NCBI GenBank assembly: GCA_040326155.1 | Contig: JBEQLE010000086.1 | Location: 1 to 16,308, forward strand | Length of the DNA stretch: 16,308 bases | Direction: 5' to 3' | From: Leptospirales bacterium | Lineage (GTDB): Bacteria > Spirochaetota > Leptospiria > Turneriellales > JAOUFE01 | In this document: in pieces, positions 8,839 to 15,514 of the stretch | Layout: each line of letters opens with the position of its first letter | Numbering within the stretch: position 1 is the first letter of the stretch | Notes under the pieces: generated by a model | The model's database searches: none | What the model was told of the DNA's origin: nothing | The model's input: only the letters and a program-made list of their open reading frames with translations | Program-made: the position numbers and the translations under genes

Positions 8839-8978
8839 CTGATTTCATTAAGATTTCTATAGCAATGTAAACTATATTCTTGACAACCTGCCTGAAAAAA
8901 ACTCAAATATTTACTGGATAAGATGTCCTGATATTTAGTATTATAACATTGATTTAGCAATTCATAACAGGAGTATTT

Positions 8979-9260
8979 ATGATATCACTCAAAGAAGCTT
9001 TAGAGGAAGTAAAAAAAAATTTCCTTGATTTGTATGGAGAAAACATTACCGACATCAGGCTGGAGGAAATTGATAATCGTGATATAGATGATTCATACCA
9101 GCTTACAGTCTCTTTTTTGATGCCAGAAAAAAACCTGCCTACTAGCCTTGGCGCAACATTAGCAGTTGCAACCAGGCCATATAGTAGATTGTATAAACGT
9201 GTTTCTATTAACAGGGAAGATGGTACAATTATTAATATAAAGATCTATAAAGATGAGTGA
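8979..9260 (+). CDS. Small protein upstream of PIN gene; putative antitoxin/partner
   Basis: AGGAG RBS, 93 aa, 8-nt overlap with the PIN ORF. The DIRLEE...YKRVSIN..DG.I.NIKI pattern is one I recall in proteins paired with PIN genes (not verified). Confidence 0.7.
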   Translation: MISLKEALEEVKKNFLDLYGENITDIRLEEIDNRDIDDSYQLTVSFLMPEKNLPTSLGATLAVATRPYSRLYKRVSINREDGTIINIKIYKDE

Positions 9261-9717
9261 AGTAATATTAGATACAAATGTTTTTACATTACTGATTGTC
9301 GGCCAAATAAAACCAGAAAAGATTGGCAGCCATAAAAGAACATCAATCTACAATAATGAACATTATAACTATTTGCTGGATATTCTAACAAACTACGATT
9401 CAATATTGATAAACCCGAATATCGTTACCGAAGTAGATAATTTATTGAATAATTTTTCTGGGGATGATAGATATCTTTATCTAAGTTTAACGAAAAATAT
9501 ATTCAAAGTCAGTAAAGAAAAATATATTAAGACCAGCGAAATCGTTGATACATGGCAATATGAAGCTCTAGGAATAACGGATTCAGCATTATTGATTATG
9601 GCTAAAGAGTGCGACCTCCTAATTTCAGGCGATAGTGAATTATGCGATTATGCTAAATCATCTGGTATAAATGTTTTCGATTTTAAAGAGTATGTCAATT
9701 TAACGACATATAAATAG
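9253..9717 (+). CDS. PIN domain (VapC-like) ribonuclease, putative toxin
   Basis: PIN acidic residues intact: ILDTNV, IVTEV, GITDSALL, LISGDSEL. 154 aa. Confidence 0.88.
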   Translation: MSEVILDTNVFTLLIVGQIKPEKIGSHKRTSIYNNEHYNYLLDILTNYDSILINPNIVTEVDNLLNNFSGDDRYLYLSLTKNIFKVSKEKYIKTSEIVDTWQYEALGITDSALLIMAKECDLLISGDSELCDYAKSSGINVFDFKEYVNLTTYK

Positions 9718-9835
9718 TAAGTATCCGTGCTATATTCGAGTATATTCTGTTTCGATTATTCGATTGAATTTTTAAGAGTAATTAATCTCTCGAATCTACT
9801 GTCATACCTTTCAAGAATAATTAAGTTTTTATTTT

Positions 9836-9915
9836 ATATGACGTCTTGAGGCAAGATGACCCGCCAACCAAGCGCCAGCGCAGTCGTGCCTGAGCTGATT
9901 AAAATTTGGTTATGC
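9836..9915 (+). other. Degenerate integron attC-like site
   Basis: 80-bp GC-rich patch in AT-rich DNA. It ends in GTTATGC (9909-9915, R'-like), begins with ATATGAC (imperfect R''), and has an internal imperfect IR AGGCAAGAT/GTCGTGCCT. The next gene starts immediately after it. Confidence 0.4.
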
Positions 9916-10928
9916 GTCGTAATAAATTGAGACGGAAAAGATATGAAAAGAACATTTATCATATCGATAAATTGTTTGATAGTTTTAAATCTAATGCCTT
10001 AATTTCCTTAAAAACAGCACTGGTCTCTTATATGGAAGCAACTCATGAAACATTTGGGAGTCGATATGAAGAAGCCTCAGATGAATATCACATGATCGAT
10101 ATAAATTTACAATTTCTAAAAGGCTATACAGAAACTATAATCCATTTCCATCATTTCATAGAATTGTCTTTAAAGGAAATACTAAGAGGTGAAAATGAAG
10201 TTTTCACAGTTGATTTTAAAAATCCGAAGGTAGCGTTTTCTGATATTATTGAAATGACTTATTCTGATAAAGATTCGATTTATAGAGAGCAAACAGTAAC
10301 TTTTATAGAAGCCTGGAGCAGAATTAAGATTCTGATTAATCACGGAAAACTTAGTGAGTACAAAGATATAATGGATGGATGGAGCCCAGCAATACACTTT
10401 TTAAATAAACTTAGAAACAGTATATGGCATCGTGGAACTTTGGTGATGGAATAAAATGATTTTAATGAATTTATTGGTATGCAAATATTGCCTATTTCCA
10501 TAAAATTACTTGAAACACTTTACAAGAATCAAGATAAAGAATTATGGAAAAGTAAAAAAATTGCAATTGACATTGATCCCATACGAGCCATAGTCAAAGA
10601 GTATACAAATGGTAAAGTTGTTAATTTGTATTATATCTATGTGCTTAAGAAGATTGGTTTGGCAGCGTATAATGAAACTCATTCATTTAACTTTAACGAT
10701 CAACCCAAACTAAAGAATGTAGATTCTAAAATAAAAGAAGAATCTGTGCAAGTTGATTTTAGTGAAAAAACCAAAGGGTGCCCTGTATGTGGCGAATTTA
10801 AACTGAAACTATATTTCATGGGTAATCCTGAATATTTTCAATGTCTAAACTGTGGGTTGTTCATTGAATTTGGCAGAGAAACACTTGAAAATAGTCCCTA
10901 TGAAGTAAGTTACCTGTGGAAAAAATAA
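9912..10928 (+). pseudogene. HEPN-motif protein with C-terminal Zn ribbon, interrupted by an in-frame TAA at 10452-10454
   Basis: ORFs 9906-10454 and 10479-10928 are in the same frame, separated only by TAA plus NDFNEFIG. Motifs HHFIELSLKEIL and LRNSIWH (Rx4H), then CPVC...CLNC at the C-terminus. Confidence 0.7.
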
Positions 10929-11030
10929 CCCATCTTTTTTAACCTGTAAATCCTGTTAATCCTGTCAAAATTCTTCTTGTTTTCTTTCTCCTCCATTCCT
11001 GTAATTCCTACCTTCCTTGCACTACTCTTC
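10929..11030. repeat. Right half of the repeat (copy B, right piece)
   Basis: Near-identical to 8691-8793 (CCCATC..TTAACCTGTAAATCCTGTTAATCCTGTCAAAA..TTCCTGTAATTCCT..TTCCTTGCACTACTCTTC). Starts at the base immediately after the stop codon ending at 10928. Confidence 0.92.
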
Positions 11031-11268
11031 ATTCTCCACATTCGCCCTGTATAAAATAAAAGGGGAAGCGTAGAACCGCTTGGCGGTCGAAGCGGGGGGA
11101 AAATATAAAACCGGCAATAGGAAAAACCCTGTTTTCCCCGCATAGGAATTAATAAATTATTGTTAATGATTGACGGGCATCTTTTTGAATAAATACCGGA
11201 GAACCGTATGAGAGGCATCCATAAAACAGGTGTTTGCTAAAAGCTCAAACAGTTTTGTGTCTATACGA

Positions 11269-11949
11269 TCAGAGAGTTTGCCCGATGACTGAAGTGACAA
11301 TGTTTTCCAGCTCTTTTTTCTTGTGGTGCAAACCGTACAGGATTATAAAACCCTGGGGTTTCTCATCGATAATATGCAGGCCCATCTCAATGTGGTAAGG
11401 CTCCGTTACCGGAGACAAATTGATCTTTAGAATATCTAGCTCAGTGTCATTCATGTAGCGACCTTTGAAGTAGAAATGTTCCACTTCGTTTGTTCTTTTT
11501 AAAAACAGATAATCCAGTTTTGTCGGCTTCCATGGCTCGTCGGAAAATTTCAGATCGATCTTTTTGCCCTGCAAATGAGAAATCACCTCGGAGCCCAGCC
11601 CGGCAAAAACATTTAAAGAATCTCTTTTGTTCACGTCAAAACCTTCGACTAAAAAATGAATGGCCAGTTCACTGTCGCTGTCTACATAGCGTTTTGTATT
11701 GGTATCGAAAAATTGAAAATATTTTTTTCTCACCCAGAGCTTGGCAATTGCCTGGGACACATTCCAAGCCAGAATTTCACCTTCGACCTCCCCTTCAAAA
11801 GCATCCTTCGTAAACGGGTCGAACGACTTAGTGTATATTTTAAGGTTTTTACCGTCTTGTGTAATTCGAGTGGTATTTTCATAAGCCCCCTGGGCGTCTT
11901 TATTGTAATCGTATTCGGACCACTCCGTTGTGATGTCTGGTATTGGCAT
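11269..11949 (-). CDS. Hypothetical soluble protein (226 aa)
   Basis: Longest ORF in the interval, protein-like composition, AGGT upstream of ATG, hairpin downstream of the stop. No family recognised. Confidence 0.75.
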   Translation of the reverse strand: MPIPDITTEWSEYDYNKDAQGAYENTTRITQDGKNLKIYTKSFDPFTKDAFEGEVEGEILAWNVSQAIAKLWVRKKYFQFFDTNTKRYVDSDSELAIHFLVEGFDVNKRDSLNVFAGLGSEVISHLQGKKIDLKFSDEPWKPTKLDYLFLKRTNEVEHFYFKGRYMNDTELDILKINLSPVTEPYHIEMGLHIIDEKPQGFIILYGLHHKKKELENIVTSVIGQTL

Positions 11950-12003
11950 AAAGTCAACCTATTTCAGATGTATGTTTGGTGTAAATAGATATAATAAAAA
12001 AAA

Positions 12004-12199
12004 TTTTATAAGGAAGGCAGGAAAAGAAAAAGATGAATGGACAGGATTTACATGATTAACATGATTTTAAGAAAAGAATGTGTGAGAATTAAATATTCCA
12101 TCTTTCTTAACCTGTAAACCGGTAAATCCTGTCAAAAATTCTTCTTCTCTCCTTGCTCCTCTTTTCCTGTAATTCCTGCTTTACTTATAGTTCACTCTT
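12004..12199. repeat. Nested-palindrome repeat, complete copy C
   Basis: Outer IR TATAAGGAAGGCAGGAA (12007-12023) / TTCCTGCTTTACTTATA (12173-12189). Inner perfect IR GACAGGATTTAC (12040-12051) / GTAAATCCTGTC (12122-12133). Same orientation as copy A; ends about 20 bp from the ispG stop. Confidence 0.9.
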
Positions 12200-12218
12200 T
12201 TCTTTATGAATCAATCTA

Positions 12219-13304
12219 CTATTCCGGCCAGGCTTCAATCAGTTCGACGACTTTTGTGTAAACCGAGTTTACCGGTATTTGACCCTGCGACTTCCCTTCT
12301 ATGTATAAAATGGCATAATCTTTACCGAGCGATACCCCGATGTCGGCGCCGCGAGCTTCTCCCGGACCATTGACCACACAGCCCATTACAGCCAGCGTCA
12401 GGTTCTTTTTCAGCTTCGAGGTTTTCGCTTCGAGCTTTTGTACAGCGCTAATCAGGTCTGCTTCGAGTCTACCGCAGGTCGGGCATGAAATAATAGTTAC
12501 ACCAAACGAAGCCAGACCAAGCGAACGAAGAATTTCTTTACCAGCCTTTACTTCGTCGACTCCATTCCCGGTCAGACTTACCCGAATGGTATCGCCGATT
12601 CCTTCAGCAAGTAAGGCTCCCATACCAACCGAAGAGCGGATAGTTCCCTGAAAAAGAGGGCCCGCCTCGGTAACGCCCAGGTGAAGAGGATAATCGACTC
12701 GGGTGGCCAACTCTCGGTATGCTTCAATCATCATCCAGACGTTGGAAGACTTTAGCGAAACAATTATATTATAAAATTCAAGCTCTTCGAGTATTTTAAT
12801 ATGGCGCATCGCGCTTTCGACCATGGCTGCCGAACAGGGGTAATTATACTTTTTCAAGATATCTTTTTCGAGCGATCCTGAATTGACGCCAATGCGTATG
12901 GGTACTTTAAAGTTTTTACAACCGTTTACGACCTCTGCAATTTTATCGGGCGAGCCAATATTCCCTGGGTTAATTCTTATTTTGTCCACACCTGCGTCCA
13001 GGGCCTGCAAGGCCAGGCGATAGTCAAAGTGTATGTCGGCTACCAATGGTATGTGTATTGCTTTTTGAATGTTTATAAGAGCTTTGGCCGCTTCGGGGGT
13101 ATTTACCGTACTTCGTACAATCTGGCATCCCGCTTCCTCGTACTCCTGAATTTGATCGACGGTTTTTTGCCAATCTTCGGTTTTCGTTTTCGTCATCGAT
13201 TGAACCGAAATGGGAGAATCAGAACCGATGGGAACATTGGCGACATTTACACCTCGGGTTTGTCTCCGGTTCTTCGGGTATAAATCATTATCCTGGGGCT
13301 TCAT
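12219..13304 (-). CDS. ispG: (E)-4-hydroxy-3-methylbut-2-enyl-diphosphate synthase
   Basis: PISVQSMT.T.T, PLVADIHFDY, KIRINPGNIG, RIGVNSGSLE, HLGVTEAG, GIGDTIRVSL, ISCPTCGR, AVMGCVVNGPGEA. Confidence 0.98.
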   Translation of the reverse strand: MKPQDNDLYPKNRRQTRGVNVANVPIGSDSPISVQSMTKTKTEDWQKTVDQIQEYEEAGCQIVRSTVNTPEAAKALINIQKAIHIPLVADIHFDYRLALQALDAGVDKIRINPGNIGSPDKIAEVVNGCKNFKVPIRIGVNSGSLEKDILKKYNYPCSAAMVESAMRHIKILEELEFYNIIVSLKSSNVWMMIEAYRELATRVDYPLHLGVTEAGPLFQGTIRSSVGMGALLAEGIGDTIRVSLTGNGVDEVKAGKEILRSLGLASFGVTIISCPTCGRLEADLISAVQKLEAKTSKLKKNLTLAVMGCVVNGPGEARGADIGVSLGKDYAILYIEGKSQGQIPVNSVYTKVVELIEAWPE

Positions 13305-13347
13305 GAAGGATACTTTTGAACCGTATTGACACCGGTTGAATCTTTTT

Positions 13348-13376
13348 TTTACGCGATATTGAATTTATTGTATAAT
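13348..13376 (+). promoter_or_regulatory. Candidate sigma70 promoter in the divergent ispG/porin intergenic region
   Basis: TTTACG (13348-13353), 17-bp spacer, TATAAT (13371-13376). A further TTGACA at 13421 has no well-spaced -10. Confidence 0.35.
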
Positions 13377-13515
13377 AAGTATATATTGAGTGTACAAATA
13401 TAGTGGAAAGCTTAACGAGCTTGACAATGGTTGTAACATTGCATCTATGTAAAAGCAATTCCGTTATGTTATGAGTGGAAAAAAAAACGATAAAATTAGT
13501 TTTAAGGAGAAAAGC

Positions 13516-14721
13516 ATGAGTATCATTACATATTTTAAATTCATTATAAAAGCTTCGCTTGTTATTTTCATGGGGTTGTTCCTGGCAGTGAACACGATCT
13601 ATGGCCAGGATGGCGACATCGGGGGCGACTACATGTCCGGAGATTATCGACAAAAACTGGCCGACAAAGGGGTTGGTTTTGAATTTGTCTATTCTACCGA
13701 ACTCGGCTACAATGCGATCGGTGGTGTAAAACAAGGTGGCGTATCTTTGAGTAACTTTGATATGACTCTCGATCTGGATATGGAAAAACTGGTTGGCTGG
13801 ACCGGTGGTGAAATCTTTATCTATGGTCTACATGGTTTTGGAGGCTCCCCAACCGCTTTGGTAGGCGACTGGCAAGGCACCAGCAACATTGAAACCGGAA
13901 TGGACTATGTAAAACTCTACGAAGCATGGGTCCAACAATCCTTTGGTGACGGAATCGTATCCGTACTTTTTGGTTTGCACGACCTGAATTCAGAGTTTTA
14001 TGGGAACGATCCTGCGGGTCTGTTTCTAAACAGTTCTATGGGTGTCGGAGCTGAAATTGCGCAAACAGGATTAAATGGTCCCTCCATTTTTCCATCTACC
14101 GCGCCTGCCCTTCGGGTGGCCGTTAACCCAACTGAAAACCTCTACATTCTTGCGGGTTTATACAATGCCAGAGCCGGAGACCCTGCTGACCCTTCAGCTA
14201 CCAACGCTGATTTTACGTTTCAAGATGGATTTTTGTATATAGGCGAACTGGGTTATTACGTTGAAGGTGATATTAAAGTTGCCGCCGGCGGCTGGGGATA
14301 TACCTCCCCTGAACTCGACATGGCAACCGGTAAAGACGCAACGCCATATGGCGCTTATCTTTTATTCGATAAAACCTTCGGTGAAGTCTTTTCTGTGTTT
14401 GTACGCGGAGGCCTGACCAACCAGAATATTTATGCTGTGGCCTATAATATTATGGAAGGTATCGTTTTATCGGGATCTTTGTGGAATCGTCCCGATGACC
14501 AACTTGGTTTAGGCGCATCTACCATTATAGCGGGAACACCCTACTCCGACCTGGTCCCCCTGGCCGACTCGGCAGAAACCTCCATAGAGCTGACCTACCT
14601 GCTACAGCTTTCACCCTGGTTTTCCCTGCAACCAAATTTTCAATACGTCCTGAACCCCGGGCTTGACCCGAATTTGGATGATGCCTTGATGATTGCATTG
14701 AGAGCTACGATCTCATTTTAA
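13516..14721 (+). CDS. oprB: Carbohydrate-selective porin, OprB family
   Basis: R.KL.DKG..F...Y..E, LDLDMEKLVGW.G, GD.QG.SNIE, LYEAW.QQ, DLNSEF, LFLNSS.G, GPSIFP, RPDDQLG, E..IELTY......LQPN.QYV.NPG, terminal Phe. Signal-like N-terminus. AAGGAG RBS at 13504 favours ATG 13516. Confidence 0.88.
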   Translation: MSIITYFKFIIKASLVIFMGLFLAVNTIYGQDGDIGGDYMSGDYRQKLADKGVGFEFVYSTELGYNAIGGVKQGGVSLSNFDMTLDLDMEKLVGWTGGEIFIYGLHGFGGSPTALVGDWQGTSNIETGMDYVKLYEAWVQQSFGDGIVSVLFGLHDLNSEFYGNDPAGLFLNSSMGVGAEIAQTGLNGPSIFPSTAPALRVAVNPTENLYILAGLYNARAGDPADPSATNADFTFQDGFLYIGELGYYVEGDIKVAAGGWGYTSPELDMATGKDATPYGAYLLFDKTFGEVFSVFVRGGLTNQNIYAVAYNIMEGIVLSGSLWNRPDDQLGLGASTIIAGTPYSDLVPLADSAETSIELTYLLQLSPWFSLQPNFQYVLNPGLDPNLDDALMIALRATISF

Positions 14722-14782
14722 GATGGGCAACGATCTCATTTTAAGGTGAGCAACGCTCTCGTTTTAACACGAACAACGCTCT
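14702..14782 (+). repeat. 23-bp tandem repeat x3.5 starting inside the porin 3' end
   Basis: GAGCTACGATCTCATTTTAAGAT / GGGCAACGATCTCATTTTAAGGT / GAGCAACGCTCTCGTTTTAACAC / GAACAACGCTCT. Confidence 0.9.
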
Positions 14783-14834
14783 TCAAAAATTATGTGTATG
14801 CGGCTTGTCTGCATACACATAATTCAACCAGTTC

Positions 14835-15503
14835 ATGGAAAAACAAACTGAAAATCTATTAAAAAGCTCGAAAGAGAACATAAAAATTGTATCCGGTTGT
14901 GTTACCATTGGTATCGCGCTCGTACTTTTATTCTTTCTGTGGCCAAAAATTAACGCAGAATTAGATCGTATGAAAGCCCTTAACGAGGCCATTGCAAGCG
15001 GGGAATCCTCCATCGTCTTGTCAAATTCCGAGATAGCTTTTGAAGGTATAATTACAGACAATAACAAAGTAATTTATGAAAATATAGTAGTGGGATGCAT
15101 TTTTGAAAGACCCCCGCTTATAAATGGCGCCAAAAGCAATAGCATGAAGTTGAAAGAAAAAAAGGCTGGCCCGATGACAATGCAGGCCGGTGAATCTACC
15201 TACACAGTCCATTTAACCGACCTTTGCCCGAAAGGCGATTATGTACAACTCGTAGATAAGACGAAAGAGACGCTGGTGTATCGGGGTTTTACAATCGGGC
15301 AAAAACTAACCATACTAGGCGCTTTAAACAAAAGTAACAATATTGTTCAACACGCCAGGCATTTTGGTTCGGGCAATATGAAGTATACTGCCCATTTAAC
15401 AAAAACGCGAAAAGTCATTCTTTTTATAATAGCTTTACTGTTTTGCTCCGGACTGTTTTTAATATACTCTTATTTCAGAAGTCGCAATAACGCTAAAGAA
15501 TAA
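14835..15503 (+). CDS. Hypothetical membrane protein (two TM helices flanking a soluble beta-rich region)
   Basis: Hydrophobic segments IVSGCVTIGIALVLLFFLW and VILFIIALLFCSGLFLIYSYF. 222 aa. Confidence 0.75.
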   Translation: MEKQTENLLKSSKENIKIVSGCVTIGIALVLLFFLWPKINAELDRMKALNEAIASGESSIVLSNSEIAFEGIITDNNKVIYENIVVGCIFERPPLINGAKSNSMKLKEKKAGPMTMQAGESTYTVHLTDLCPKGDYVQLVDKTKETLVYRGFTIGQKLTILGALNKSNNIVQHARHFGSGNMKYTAHLTKTRKVILFIIALLFCSGLFLIYSYFRSRNNAKE

Positions 15504-15514
15504 TTTGTTTTCTA

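Noticed and set aside
9731..9765. Short direct repeats TATATTC x2 and TTCGATT x2 downstream of the PIN gene
   Set aside because: These 7-mers are too short in AT-rich DNA to distinguish from chance.
10452..10454. Stop-codon reassignment or programmed readthrough as the explanation for the internal TAA
   Set aside because: TAA terminates many intact genes in this window (pgeF, mnmA, moeB, porin) and I see no recoding signal. A nonsense mutation or sequencing error is simpler.
10910..11218. 102-aa minus-strand ORF (…NFDRINRIYRLKK…)
   Set aside because: It runs through repeat copy B; the 9-nt periodicity produces the RIN/RIY pattern and keeps the frame open. It also overlaps the HEPN gene end.
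11141..11220. c-di-GMP-II riboswitch or group II intron domain V resemblance (GGGCAT..GGAG; GAACCGTATGAGAGG)
   Set aside because: It lacks the GCAC/GTGC pseudoknot and TGAA elements of the riboswitch and the closing arm of domain V. There is also no downstream plus-strand gene to regulate.
11490..11988. Alternative ORFs 11490-11813, 11656-11988 and 11730-11957
   Set aside because: These are shadow frames of the longer 226-aa ORF with atypical composition.
8585..12199. CRISPR, autonomous IS or prophage interpretation of the island
   Set aside because: The repeats are ~200 bp and kb apart. No transposase, integrase or phage gene is present and no clear target-site duplication was found.
13288..13734. 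148-aa minus-strand ORF
   Set aside because: It is antisense to the well-supported porin and crosses the divergent promoter region, with no recognisable motif.
14702..14782. CRISPR array interpretation of the 23-bp repeats
   Set aside because: The units are directly adjacent with no unique spacers, and there are no cas genes in the window.
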